Under the pieces are notes generated by a model. The model searched no databases. It had not been told where the DNA came from and worked only from the letters and a program-made list of their open reading frames with translations. The position numbers were made by a program, and so were the translations under genes. From contig JBBTUL010000012.1 of assembly GCA_038063755.1 (NCBI GenBank), positions 64,572 through 128,571 on the forward strand: DNA of 64,000 nt, in the 5' to 3' direction. Of this stretch, positions 36,749 through 46,909 are shown in pieces; position 1 is the stretch's first letter, and the number at the start of each line of letters is the position of its first letter. The stretch comes from Patescibacteria group bacterium (lineage in GTDB: Bacteria > Patescibacteriota > Minisyncoccia > UBA6257 > 2-01-FULL-56-20).

Positions 36749-37491
36749 ACACAAAAAAAGACTATCGCGACGAGCTATACGGGGTATATGCTTCGGGACA
36801 TACGAGCCACCTCTACAGAGAAGAGACGGCGGAGACCATTGGGAGCGAACAGCCAGCGTGGGCTGCGTATTTTGGAGGAGTGTTGCCTCGCGATAAGCGC
36901 GCACGCATCTTGGACATTGGATGCGGAACCGGGAGCTTCGTCTATTGGCTACAAGGGTTGGGATACGCGAACGCGACAGGAATCGATGTGAGCAAAGAGC
37001 AGGTTGCTATTGCCGAGAAACTTGGCATAACGAATATACGCGAGGGAGATCTTCGCGAAGCACTTAAAGCTGCCGCATCTGGGTATGATGCGATAGTCGC
37101 AAGAGACGTGCTTGAGCATTTTAAAAAAGAGGAAGTTCTTGAGATTTTGAAGCTTGTGTTTTTGGCGCTTGCTCCTGGGGGAGTATTTATCGCGCAGACG
37201 TTGAATGGCGAAAGTCCTTTTGTGGGAAGGCTGCGATACGGAGACTTTACCCACGAGACCTGTTTTACCAAATCAAGCATGGAGCAGATATTGTCCTGGG
37301 CGGGGTTCTCGCGAGTTTCGATACGCCCGCAGGATCCGGTAGTTCACGGATTCGTGTCGTTTGTGCGCAGTGCGCTTTTTGTGTTTGCAAAATATTGTCT
37401 GAGGGGGTATTTATTGCTCGAAACCGGATCATCCGGAGGAATTCTGACACAAAACCTCATTGCTGCTGCATGGAAAGAAAATCAGAGGTAA
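36745..37491 (+). CDS. Class I SAM-dependent methyltransferase
   Basis: ILDIGCGTG, DVLEH, LAPGG. Confidence 0.92.
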   Translation: MNTKKDYRDELYGVYASGHTSHLYREETAETIGSEQPAWAAYFGGVLPRDKRARILDIGCGTGSFVYWLQGLGYANATGIDVSKEQVAIAEKLGITNIREGDLREALKAAASGYDAIVARDVLEHFKKEEVLEILKLVFLALAPGGVFIAQTLNGESPFVGRLRYGDFTHETCFTKSSMEQILSWAGFSRVSIRPQDPVVHGFVSFVRSALFVFAKYCLRGYLLLETGSSGGILTQNLIAAAWKENQR

Positions 37492-38642
37492 ATCACATTG
37501 CGATTCTCACGTCGCATCCGATTCAATATCAAGCGCCATTCTTTGAGGCGCTTGCCAAGGACGAGAGAATTAGTCCCGTCGTGTACTTTGTGCAAAACAT
37601 CGGTGTCGATCGCCCGATGTTTGATTCGGAGTTTGGTCGAGAGGTGAGGTGGGATCTGCCCCTGCTTCGGGGATATTCCCACGTGTTTCTTCGCGGGTGG
37701 TGGTCGTTCGTAACGGAACTTTATCGCAATCGTCCGCAGTCGCTCTTGGTCTTGGGGTGGAATTCTTTCTATACATGGATCGGTTTCGCGGCCGCGAAAC
37801 TTTTAGGTATTTCTTTTTGGGTGCGAGGCGAGAACCCGCTCTCACAGGAACCGAAGAAGCTCTCAGCGTTGAGGCGGGCAAAGCGTGGTTTACTACGGTT
37901 ACTTTTCCGCAATACCGACAGGTTCCTTTACATCGGGAACGAAAATAAAAAGTTTTACGAACACATGGGGGCTTCGAAGGACCGACTGTTTTTTGTTCCC
38001 TACGCGGTAGACAACGAGCGGCTTTTCCGCGCGGCGGAAGCGTATAAAAACAAAAAAAGCGATTTACGGGTTAAGTATGGCATTCCAAACGATGCGATAG
38101 TTATTCTTTTTGCTGGAAAGCTTATTTCAAAGAAGCGTCCCGAAGATTTGTTGCGAGCGTACGCCGGAGTTGCCGAAAGAACTTCCGGGGGCACAATAAC
38201 GGCTCTGGTCTATGCCGGTGACGGGGCGCTTGCGGACGATCTTCAAAATATCGTGAAAGAAGAGAAAATCCCGAACGTTTTTTTTCTCGGATTTCGAAAC
38301 CAGACAGAACTTCCGGAGTGTTATGCAATGGCGGATATTTTTGTACTGCCATCCGGAATCGGGGAAACCTGGGGACTCGTAGTGAACGAGGCGATGTGCT
38401 TCGGTCTTCCGGTTATTATCTCCGACATTGTCGGATCGGGAACGGACCTGGTGCATGAAGGAGAAAATGGTCATATCGTACCGTGTGGTAACGCAGCCGC
38501 CCTTGAGAGGGCGATTACGGAACTTGTCGAAAGCCGAAGCTTGAGGATAGAGTATGGGAAGAAGTCGGTCGAGATCGTTTCGGGATACGGATTCGCCGCG
38601 GACATCGACGGCATGCGCCGAGCATATGAAACAAGAAAATAA
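37470..38642 (+). CDS. GT4 glycosyltransferase
   Basis: SHPIQYQAP, ETWGLVVNEAM. Confidence 0.92.
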   Translation: MERKSEVNHIAILTSHPIQYQAPFFEALAKDERISPVVYFVQNIGVDRPMFDSEFGREVRWDLPLLRGYSHVFLRGWWSFVTELYRNRPQSLLVLGWNSFYTWIGFAAAKLLGISFWVRGENPLSQEPKKLSALRRAKRGLLRLLFRNTDRFLYIGNENKKFYEHMGASKDRLFFVPYAVDNERLFRAAEAYKNKKSDLRVKYGIPNDAIVILFAGKLISKKRPEDLLRAYAGVAERTSGGTITALVYAGDGALADDLQNIVKEEKIPNVFFLGFRNQTELPECYAMADIFVLPSGIGETWGLVVNEAMCFGLPVIISDIVGSGTDLVHEGENGHIVPCGNAAALERAITELVESRSLRIEYGKKSVEIVSGYGFAADIDGMRRAYETRK

Positions 38643-39522
38643 AATTTCGGTAAGCATTATCATACCCTCATTCAACGAGGGCGATGACGTGCGTCTTTCC
38701 ATCGAGTCGGCACTCGGACAAACACATCCGCCGAAAGAGATTTTGGTTGTCGATGACTCGAAAGACGAGACCCCACACATCATAGGAGAATACGCCTCGC
38801 AGGGCGTCAAATTACTACGGGGACCGGGCAAGGGTTGTTGTGAAGCCCGAAATATGGGAATGGAGGTGGCGACGGGAGACGTCATCATGCTTTTGAATGC
38901 CGACGTGGTGCTTCCGGAAGATTTTATTTCCCGGATCGCGAAGCACTATGAAAAAGGTGCCGACTATGTGCTTGTCGAATCGAAAGTGTTTAACACGGAT
39001 TACCTACTCGCCCGATTCGTGGAAGCACAACACCACGTCGAGCACGACAACCGGACCGATCTCGAATGGACCGAGGGTTTTTCATGTAAGCGCAGTGCGG
39101 CACAGGCGATAGGTTTTATACCCGGGAATTTTCCGGTCCGATTTTGCCGAGATTGGTTTTTGGGAAAAACGCTTCATGAGAAAGGATTTCGAAAAGTTAT
39201 CGATCGAACCATTGTGGTTACGCACAAAGCCCCGGAAATATTCGGCGAATACTGGAATGTCCGTTCGACGCGAGGGAGATTCGCGGTTCTCGCACAGCGA
39301 TACTTACTTCACCGATCCCGCACGCACGTCTTTTTGAAGCTTGTCGCAAAGCACGCAATCCTCGCGGTTTTGCTTGCGACGCTTGTGTATCCGCTTCAGT
39401 TTGTCGTGCGGGCGGCAAGAAAAAGCGATCGAGGAATGAGGGACGTCTTCCCGTTTTTCGCCGCCTTCGTGATCCAGGAGGTCGCGCGCGCTTACGGGGA
39501 GTGGCGGGGGTGGATGTTGTGA
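38626..39522 (+). CDS. GT2 glycosyltransferase
   Basis: SIIIPSFNE, VVDDS, ARNMG, LNAD. Confidence 0.9.
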   Translation: MKQENKISVSIIIPSFNEGDDVRLSIESALGQTHPPKEILVVDDSKDETPHIIGEYASQGVKLLRGPGKGCCEARNMGMEVATGDVIMLLNADVVLPEDFISRIAKHYEKGADYVLVESKVFNTDYLLARFVEAQHHVEHDNRTDLEWTEGFSCKRSAAQAIGFIPGNFPVRFCRDWFLGKTLHEKGFRKVIDRTIVVTHKAPEIFGEYWNVRSTRGRFAVLAQRYLLHRSRTHVFLKLVAKHAILAVLLATLVYPLQFVVRAARKSDRGMRDVFPFFAAFVIQEVARAYGEWRGWML

Positions 39523-39553
39523 TCTGGTATAGTCAATTACATAACATTACGGC

Positions 39554-40525
39554 ATGGACGCAACACGACAGGCAATTTTCGATCACGACCTCGACGAAGC
39601 GCAAGGCTGGGGGGTGAGGGCGATCATTCGATTAAAACTTTTCTACTACTTATTCTCGCGAATACGACAGAATAGGACTCTTCGGGAGGAGCTTCGCCCG
39701 GCACTCGGGGAAAACGGTATTGCCCGCAAGATCGACCTTTTTCTCCGGGACGACGGAGGAATGTTCAAGCATTACGCTTACGGGCGCATTCAAGGGCGGC
39801 GGTCGCTTCGGGGAGCCCGTGTGCTGGTTCCCGGTGTCGGGTACGGAAGAAACCTCGCACAACTCGCCGCATTCCGACCCAAGGAAATCGTTGCATTCGA
39901 TTTTTATGAATATCCGGAGGATTGGGAATATCTTAAAAAATCCCTTGGAGAAAGATTCGGGGTCAATATCACGTTTCTCACAGGTGACTTCGACGTGGTG
40001 CCGGAGTCGTACCGCGGAAGTTTCGATGCTATCGTCTCCGACGCCGTACTCGAGCACGTTCCCGATCTTCCCAAATTCATGTCCTATTCGGAGTTGTTTC
40101 TGAAAGAAGGCGGCGTGTTTTTCGCTTCATTCGGTCCGATCTGGTACGGACCGAGCGGGGACCACGTTGAGTGGGGTCCAGACAACCTCTTCGACCATCT
40201 GTTGCTTTCTCGCGCGGCGTACGCAAAACAAGTTGCCGCCCGCATCGCCGTCGCCGAACACGATTCCTGCGACCCCGGATTTATGGGACAGGAAGAATTA
40301 TTCTCTTATCTTGCCGTGGATACGTATCTCAATGAGTTGTTGCGCCGTCCTTCGTTCGAAAAAATGTGCATTGCCGCGAAGATTTCTTCGAAAGCGGTCG
40401 CGCTTTTTAGGAGACATCCGAATTTTCACCGAACCTTGGACGAGGCGAATATCCCCTTATTCGATCGTTTTTGCTCCGGATTCTATGTTTGGCTCGTACG
40501 TCGAGGACCAGAAACAAAAACATGA
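39554..40525 (+). CDS. Class I SAM-dependent methyltransferase (divergent motif I)
   Basis: VLVPGVGYG, FDAIVSDAVLEH, LKEGG. Confidence 0.8.
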   Translation: MDATRQAIFDHDLDEAQGWGVRAIIRLKLFYYLFSRIRQNRTLREELRPALGENGIARKIDLFLRDDGGMFKHYAYGRIQGRRSLRGARVLVPGVGYGRNLAQLAAFRPKEIVAFDFYEYPEDWEYLKKSLGERFGVNITFLTGDFDVVPESYRGSFDAIVSDAVLEHVPDLPKFMSYSELFLKEGGVFFASFGPIWYGPSGDHVEWGPDNLFDHLLLSRAAYAKQVAARIAVAEHDSCDPGFMGQEELFSYLAVDTYLNELLRRPSFEKMCIAAKISSKAVALFRRHPNFHRTLDEANIPLFDRFCSGFYVWLVRRGPETKT

Positions 40526-41667
40526 AGGTGGTGGTGTCGGTCGGAGGGGGGTTCCATGCGTTTCATTTGAGTCGCGAGCTTGAACGGCAGGACGCGCTTT
40601 TGCGCTTGTTCACTTCCTATCCTGCTTCGCACGCAATCCGTCGCGGAGTAAGTAAAGACCGGGTTACCTCCCTTATGCTCAAGGAAATTCTTCAGCGCGG
40701 GTGGGGGATGTTGCCGAGTGCGCTCAAGGGTTTTGGAGATCCGCGCCCATGGCTACACAACTTGTATGATCTGCAGGTCGCGCGCCGTATGCCGCAAGCG
40801 GATATTTTCGTGGGGTGGTCCTCCTTCGCACTTCAAAGCATCAGGCGAGCAAAAGCTCTCGGCATGAAGTCCCTTGTCGACCACGGAAGTTCCCATATCG
40901 AATTTCAGCGGGATATATTGACCGAAGAGGCCAAGAGAACGGGCGTTTGTCTTGGTATGCCGCATCCGCTTATCGTCGAAAAAGAAATTCGTGAGTATCA
41001 CGAAGCGGATTATATTGTGATTCCATCGACATATGCTCGAAACACGTTTATCGAGAAAGGAGTTCCAGAAGAAAAACTCATTCAGATTCCATACGGAGTC
41101 GACCTCGAGATTTTTGCTCCAGGAAAGAAAAATGACGACGTATTTCGGGTGATTTACGCGGGTGGTATGACCATTCAGAAGGGGGTCCACTACCTTCTGG
41201 AGGCGTTTGCGGGTATGGATCGTCCCAATACGGAACTCGTGCTTATAGGAGGCAAGAGCCCCGAGATTGAGGGGTATTTCGAAAAGTATGCAGGCATTTT
41301 CAAATGGATCGGGAGCGTTCCCCGACAAGAACTTGTCCGCGAGTATCAAAATGGGTCTGTGTTCGTTCTAAACTCGATCGATGATGGATTCGGCATGGTG
41401 ATGGCGGAGGCGATGTCCTGCGGTTTGCCGGTCATCGCAACCGACCATACCGGAGGACCGGATCTTATTGATGAAGAAAAAAACGGATTCATAATTCCCA
41501 TACGAAGCCCCGGGATCCTTGCGGAGAAGTTGAGATATCTCTATGACCATCGGGATGTTTTGGACGGTATGAGCAATGACGCAAGGCGGCGTGTTCACGA
41601 AGGATGTTCTTGGTACGACTACGGAAACAGCGTTTTCGCTTCATATAAAAAAATAATCGAAACATAG
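40522..41667 (+). CDS. GT4 glycosyltransferase
   Basis: QKGVHYLLEA, DGFGMVMAEAMSCGLPVI. Confidence 0.92.
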   Translation: MKVVVSVGGGFHAFHLSRELERQDALLRLFTSYPASHAIRRGVSKDRVTSLMLKEILQRGWGMLPSALKGFGDPRPWLHNLYDLQVARRMPQADIFVGWSSFALQSIRRAKALGMKSLVDHGSSHIEFQRDILTEEAKRTGVCLGMPHPLIVEKEIREYHEADYIVIPSTYARNTFIEKGVPEEKLIQIPYGVDLEIFAPGKKNDDVFRVIYAGGMTIQKGVHYLLEAFAGMDRPNTELVLIGGKSPEIEGYFEKYAGIFKWIGSVPRQELVREYQNGSVFVLNSIDDGFGMVMAEAMSCGLPVIATDHTGGPDLIDEEKNGFIIPIRSPGILAEKLRYLYDHRDVLDGMSNDARRRVHEGCSWYDYGNSVFASYKKIIET

Positions 41668-41675
41668 AAGAGTCC

Positions 41676-42738
41676 ATGCTGTGGAAGAAAATCGTACTTT
41701 CTGTCGTGGCAACCGTGGCGGGCATCCTTCTCCTTGAGGGCGCACTTAGAATTTTAGGGGCCGGAGGTCCCGCAGAGCCGATTGTTGACGCGATAAACGA
41801 ACTGAACAGGATTCACGGATACAATTCCGACATGGGCTGGGTGCTTGTCCCCGGTTCGTCGGGGCGTCAAAGACTTCCCGACTTCGATGTGGTGTATCGC
41901 ATAAACGACGAAGGGTTCAGGGACGACCGCGTCTATCCGGAGACGCACGACACAAGGCGGGCCCTACTTTTCGGAGATTCGTTTGCGTTCGGTATCGGAG
42001 TTTCAAACGAAGAAACATTCGCGAAGAAATCCGAGAAAGAGACCGGACACGAAGTTTTGAATTTCGGTGTTTCCGGATACGACCCCGGCCAATATTTGTT
42101 GGCGCTCAAGAAGGCGCAATTGACGTACCATGCCGATGCGGTGATCTTTTCGACATACCTCGGAAACGATATTGAAGACGTTTTGCTCGACCACCTCTTT
42201 GCCCAGCCCGAGAAGAACAAGCCCTACTTCGTGTTAGAGGAAGGACATCTTGAGCTGCGCGGGATTCCGGTCCGTCGACCCGAGATCTTTGCTTGACTAC
42301 CGAGTAAAAAACAGGACGATAAATAATATCGCGAGTTTTATTCTGAAATCGCGAATCGGGTTTATTTTTAAAAACGTTCTCAAAAACAACGCCTACCCGT
42401 TCCTCGAGCGTCTTGGTGTGGTGAAGACGATTCGGGATTACGATAAAAATTTCGAATTACTCGAGGCGATTTTGAAAGAAGCAAAGATGACTGCGCCCGG
42501 CGAGCGCCTGGGGGTTCTGGTAATTCCGTCGAAGAACATCGCCTCAAATTACCTTGAGCGGCAGTTCGGAAGTCGTCTTGCGCAAGTTCTTGAAGCGCAG
42601 GGCATACCGTACCGTAGCCTTGTCTCGGACGGCGAGAAGGACCCCGGGATATATTTTGAGGGAGAGGGGCACTTTAACGAAAGAGGACATGCGGTTGCCG
42701 CCAAGGCCCTTGGAGAAGTTCTGGAGGAGTTGCGATAG
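41676..42738 (+). pseudogene. SGNH/GDSL hydrolase-like gene split by an apparent +1 frameshift (41676-42296 and 42250-42738)
   Basis: GDSF, NFGVSGY and GND blocks are in ORF1; the catalytic His block (EGHFNERGH) is in ORF2, which has no convincing start. Confidence 0.7.
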
Positions 42739-42783
42739 GCCCGTGTTGCAAGGCGTTCGGGGCGCTGTTAAAATGACTTCCGT

Positions 42784-42975
42784 ATGAAGATGCTCTCTTC
42801 TTTGTGGCGATCGGTAACAATTCGGTTTTCCATCATCGGAAGGCTGTTCGGGTTTCTTTGGGAGAACAAAATGTGGTGGATGATCCCGATGATCCTTGTC
42901 TTGGTGGTTTTTTTCCTCATCCTCATCTTTGCCCAGAGTTCTCCGCTCGGTCCGTTTATCTATACTCTTTTTTAG
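42784..42975 (+). CDS. DUF5989/SxtK-like small membrane protein
   Basis: FLWENKMWWMIP...SPLGPFIYTLF. Confidence 0.88.
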   Translation: MKMLSSLWRSVTIRFSIIGRLFGFLWENKMWWMIPMILVLVVFFLILIFAQSSPLGPFIYTLF

Positions 42976-42987
42976 CCACGCTACCCA

Positions 42988-43215
42988 ATGTCAATCCTGA
43001 AAAAAGTCTGGAAGCTATTTGAGCGATTTGCATTCTTTCTCGGCGATATTATTACGGGAGTTGTGCTCGTGGTTTTTTACTACACAATATTCGCCGTTGT
43101 CGCGATACCATTCCGACTTTTCGGGAAAAACCCGCTGGCTCCATACGCTCCCGATTCGAATTGGATTCCAAAACAGAAAACTCCTCATTCGCTTGAGGAC
43201 TTCAAGAGCGAATAA
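42988..43215 (+). CDS. SxtJ-like small membrane protein
   Basis: WKLF..FAFFLG...FYYTIF...RLFGKNPL...SNW; lies between DUF5989 and the carbamoyltransferase. Confidence 0.75.
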   Translation: MSILKKVWKLFERFAFFLGDIITGVVLVVFYYTIFAVVAIPFRLFGKNPLAPYAPDSNWIPKQKTPHSLEDFKSE

Positions 43216-43220
43216 CAACC

Positions 43221-45014
43221 ATGAAGATTCTCGGTCTTTCATTTTTCTATCATGATGCGGCGGCGGTGCTTTTGATCGACGGAAAGCCCGCCGTGATGGT
43301 GGAGGAAGAGCGATTTTCCCGAAAGAAGCACGACGACGACTTCCCCGAACGTGCAATCAAATTTGCCCTCGAAGAAGCCGGCATTACCGCAGCGGATCTC
43401 GACTATGTGGTGTTTTACGAGAGACCCTTCATAAAGCTCGCCCGTATCTTTAAAACGGCCCTAGCCACGTTTCCCTGGACCCCGTCCGTGTTTGTGAGAG
43501 CGATCAAGAGCCTTTTCCTCTCCAAGCTCTGGGTTCGCGCGCTCATCGCCAAAGAGCTCGATATTCATCCAGACAAGATATTGTTTACCGAACATCACCT
43601 ATCGCATGCCGCGGCGTCGTTTTTCCCTTCGCCATACGAGAAGGCGGCGGTTGTGACGATTGACGGAGTGGGAGAGTGGGCCTGTACGACGATCGGGGTA
43701 GGCGACGGAACCGATCTTACGATTCTCAAAGAAATGAATTTTCCCCATTCGCTCGGTCTTCTTTATTCCGCGTTTACGGCCTTTCTGGGATTCCAAATAA
43801 ACGAAGGCGAATACAAGGTCATGGGCATGGCGCCCTACGGAAAACCGAAATACGTGGACAGGGTCAAGAAGCTCATCAATTTCTTTGACGACGGATCGTT
43901 TTCGTTGAATCTCGAGTATTTCTTGTTTTACCGATCCTCCAAAAAGACCTATTCCCGGAAATTCGTGGAGCTATTCGGGAATCCTCGAGATCCGAAGTCA
44001 AAATTTTTCACGCGTGACTCCGGGTGGCCGTCCTATTTTGGAGAGAAGCCCAGGGGTGAAGAATTCGAGAAGCTCGCCAATGATCAGGAATATTATGCCG
44101 ATATTGCCGCATCGCTTCAGAAAGTGACCGAAGAGACGATCGTGAGAATCGTCAAAGAAGCGCACAGGGTGACCGGCTGCGACAAGCTTTGTATCGGAGG
44201 AGGTGTGGGACTAAACTCCGTGGCAAATTGGAAAATCATTGAGGGGACTCCGTATAAAGAAATGTTTATCCAACCGGCGGCAGGGGATTCGGGCGGAGCT
44301 CTGGGTGCGGCGCTCTCGATCTATCACACGGTTTTTAAGAAGCCGAGGGAGTTTGTCATGAAGCACGCGTATTACGGCAAGGCGTATACCAAGGCGGAGA
44401 TAGAAGAGTTTATCGCCCGCAAAGGACTTGAGGCAGAGTATGTGCCAGACGAAGATACGCTCGTCACGAAAGTGGTCGCCGAAATTCTTGAAGGAAAAGT
44501 CATCGGTTGGTTCCATGGGAAGTTCGAGTGGGGCCCGAGGGCCCTCGGGAGCAGATCGATCTTGGCGGATCCGCGCAGGACCGACATGAAAGACATCGTG
44601 AATACAAAAATAAAATTCAGAGAACCCTATCGGCCATTCGCCCCTTCGGTACTTTCGGAGCACGCCCATGAGTTCTTCGAAATATCCGACGTTCCGAAGC
44701 ACTTTCCGGCCCGCTTCATGCTCTACGTGGTCAACGTTCGCAAGGAAAAGCAGGCAGTCATTCCTGCTATCACGCATGTTGACGGTACTGGACGCCTCCA
44801 AACCGTATTTAAGGAGGAAAGTCCTCGATATTGGAAGCTCATTAACGCATTTTACGAAAAAACCGGCGTTCCTCTTCTTCTGAACACTTCGTTCAATCTG
44901 CGGGGTGAGCCGATCGTAAATACTCCAGAGAACGCCTACAACACGTTCTCGGCGAGCGGAATGGATGTGCTGGTGCTCGAGAACTATATCGTACGGAAGA
45001 AGCATGCCTCGTAG
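43221..45014 (+). CDS. Carbamoyltransferase (NodU/CmcH family)
   Basis: YHDAAA, EERFSRKKH, HHLSHAA, DGVGE, EWGPRALG, RPFAPS, LLNTSFN. Confidence 0.96.
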   Translation: MKILGLSFFYHDAAAVLLIDGKPAVMVEEERFSRKKHDDDFPERAIKFALEEAGITAADLDYVVFYERPFIKLARIFKTALATFPWTPSVFVRAIKSLFLSKLWVRALIAKELDIHPDKILFTEHHLSHAAASFFPSPYEKAAVVTIDGVGEWACTTIGVGDGTDLTILKEMNFPHSLGLLYSAFTAFLGFQINEGEYKVMGMAPYGKPKYVDRVKKLINFFDDGSFSLNLEYFLFYRSSKKTYSRKFVELFGNPRDPKSKFFTRDSGWPSYFGEKPRGEEFEKLANDQEYYADIAASLQKVTEETIVRIVKEAHRVTGCDKLCIGGGVGLNSVANWKIIEGTPYKEMFIQPAAGDSGGALGAALSIYHTVFKKPREFVMKHAYYGKAYTKAEIEEFIARKGLEAEYVPDEDTLVTKVVAEILEGKVIGWFHGKFEWGPRALGSRSILADPRRTDMKDIVNTKIKFREPYRPFAPSVLSEHAHEFFEISDVPKHFPARFMLYVVNVRKEKQAVIPAITHVDGTGRLQTVFKEESPRYWKLINAFYEKTGVPLLLNTSFNLRGEPIVNTPENAYNTFSASGMDVLVLENYIVRKKHAS

Positions 45015-45023
45015 ATTCATATC

Positions 45024-45713
45024 ATGAAACAGCACCAATCTGGCTCCGACACGAAGCCGAAACTGCACATTGGTTGTGGACTCATTGCGCCCGCCGGATG
45101 GGTGAATCTCGACGGCTCGGCCGGAGCCTGGATCGCAAAACATCCTGTCCTTAAGAAGACGCTCAAGACATTTCACCTCGCTCCGCGATCGCTTTTCGAC
45201 ACCGCGTGGAGTCCGGATATCGTGGTACACGACATACGGAGGCGACTTCCATTTGATAACGACTCGATCGGCGCCGCGTACGGGTCGCATCTTCTGGAGC
45301 ACCTCTATCGAGACGAAGCAGTTTCTCTTCTTGGAGAGTGTTTTCGGGTGCTTGCCCCAGGAGGAATTGTGCGGATGATGGTTCCCGATCTTCGAGGTCA
45401 TGCGGAAAGCTATCTGAACGATTCCATCCCGACCCGAGATGGGCTCACGAAAGCGGATGTGTTTGTCGAGGCGCTGAATTTTAGGGATCCGCATCCGGTC
45501 CGGGGAAGCGCGGTGTACCGTCTTTATACCGCACTCAAAGACTTTCATACGCATAAATGGATGTATGACGCGGATTCGCTTTCGTCGTATTTCAAAGAAG
45601 CCGGATTTACTGAGATACGAACAATGAAACGGCACGAGAGCCGCATCAAGGGAATCGAAGAGGTTGAGCGAAACGACGGGTTGTGCGTTGAAGGCCTGAA
45701 GCCTGACAATTAA
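45024..45713 (+). CDS. Methyltransferase-domain protein
   Basis: LHIGCG...GWVNLD, HLLEHL, RVLAPGG. Confidence 0.88.
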   Translation: MKQHQSGSDTKPKLHIGCGLIAPAGWVNLDGSAGAWIAKHPVLKKTLKTFHLAPRSLFDTAWSPDIVVHDIRRRLPFDNDSIGAAYGSHLLEHLYRDEAVSLLGECFRVLAPGGIVRMMVPDLRGHAESYLNDSIPTRDGLTKADVFVEALNFRDPHPVRGSAVYRLYTALKDFHTHKWMYDADSLSSYFKEAGFTEIRTMKRHESRIKGIEEVERNDGLCVEGLKPDN

Positions 45714-45718
45714 ATTCC

Positions 45719-46909
45719 ATGCCCCTTATCTTTAAAAAAATATTATTGAGCGTTGTCTCGCTCACGATCTTGGTCGGAGTTTGTGAGGTGTCTTCTCGTT
45801 TCTACGAAAGAAAAGAAATTCGGGATTTCCCGCCAGCGCCCGACAATGCGGAAGGATTCGGAGATTTCAAAGGGTTGCTTCGCTGGGTTGGCGATCTCGG
45901 ACGAGTTCAGGGATACATTGTCCCCGAAGGAGGCGTCGACTATCTGCCGTACACGATTACGGGACTCAAACCCAGCTTCCCGTTTCATATAAAGAACGTT
46001 GATTATCGGACCAACGCCCAAGGATTCCGGCACGAAGGAGAGATCGTCATGCCGAAACCCGCCGGAGCCTTCCGCATTTTTTTGCTCGGCGGATCGACCG
46101 TTCAAGGAATATTCAATCACCAATGGACCATCTCGTACTATCTTGACCGCGCCCTTAAGGCAAACCATCCGAACGTGGAAGTGATAAACGCCGGAGTGGT
46201 TGGGTATCGTTCGCAAAGCGAGATGGCGCTTCTTACGACCAAGATCCTCGACATGGACCCCGACCTGGTTGTCGTACTCGACGGGAGGAATGATCTTTAT
46301 TACTCGATACTTCCGACATGGCGGAATCGTGAGGGTGCGGATTATCTTGCCGAAAAGACTATTCTTGATAACCTGGTGAATTATCCTTCCGAGGTTCAAA
46401 TTTCGAAATACGCCGCGAAGGTATTTCTAAAGAGGAGTTCGCTTGCTACGCGCATCATTAACCTCACCCACCGGAGCGGCGCCTCGAGCACATATCCGCC
46501 GGATGCGAAGATTAAAGACGAGGCGGTAAAGACATATCTTGGAAATCTTGCGATCATGAAAGCGATTCTGGAATCCCGTGGAATTCGAGGCATTCTTGCA
46601 TTTCAACCGACGCTCGGATATTGCAAGGACGATACCAGTGATTACGAGAAAAGCGTGATTTCGTATCTTGTCGAGGTCGAGAAGAGCAACTGGCTCGATG
46701 AGGTTCGCTCGAAGTGGAAGGAAGTGGGCGAACGCGTCGATGGCATCCCGGATTCTTCCCTGGTTGAGACACACGATCTCACGTGCCTTTTTTCCGACAT
46801 GAAGGAAACCGCATATATCGACTCCGTCCATTACGTCCCCAAGTCTTCGCAGGTGCTCGGCGAGCGATTCGCGCAAATCGTGGAATCGCAGTTTCTTACC
46901 CGCAAATGA
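45719..46909 (+). CDS. SGNH/GDSL hydrolase family membrane-anchored protein
   Basis: LGGST, NAGVVGY, DGRND, DSVHY. Confidence 0.88.
   Translation: MPLIFKKILLSVVSLTILVGVCEVSSRFYERKEIRDFPPAPDNAEGFGDFKGLLRWVGDLGRVQGYIVPEGGVDYLPYTITGLKPSFPFHIKNVDYRTNAQGFRHEGEIVMPKPAGAFRIFLLGGSTVQGIFNHQWTISYYLDRALKANHPNVEVINAGVVGYRSQSEMALLTTKILDMDPDLVVVLDGRNDLYYSILPTWRNREGADYLAEKTILDNLVNYPSEVQISKYAAKVFLKRSSLATRIINLTHRSGASSTYPPDAKIKDEAVKTYLGNLAIMKAILESRGIRGILAFQPTLGYCKDDTSDYEKSVISYLVEVEKSNWLDEVRSKWKEVGERVDGIPDSSLVETHDLTCLFSDMKETAYIDSVHYVPKSSQVLGERFAQIVESQFLTRK

Noticed and set aside
42285-42300. prfB-like programmed +1 frameshift (GCT TGA CTAC)
   Set aside because: The P-site codon is GCT rather than CTT, so re-pairing is not possible, and there is no correctly spaced SD.
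42784-45014. Saxitoxin biosynthesis
   Set aside because: No sxtA/sxtG-type core genes; the context is polysaccharide synthesis.
44211-45635. Long antisense ORFs (e.g. 474 aa here, 305 aa at 46831, 266 aa at 56407)
   Set aside because: They shadow well-supported genes on the opposite strand and show no recognisable motifs.
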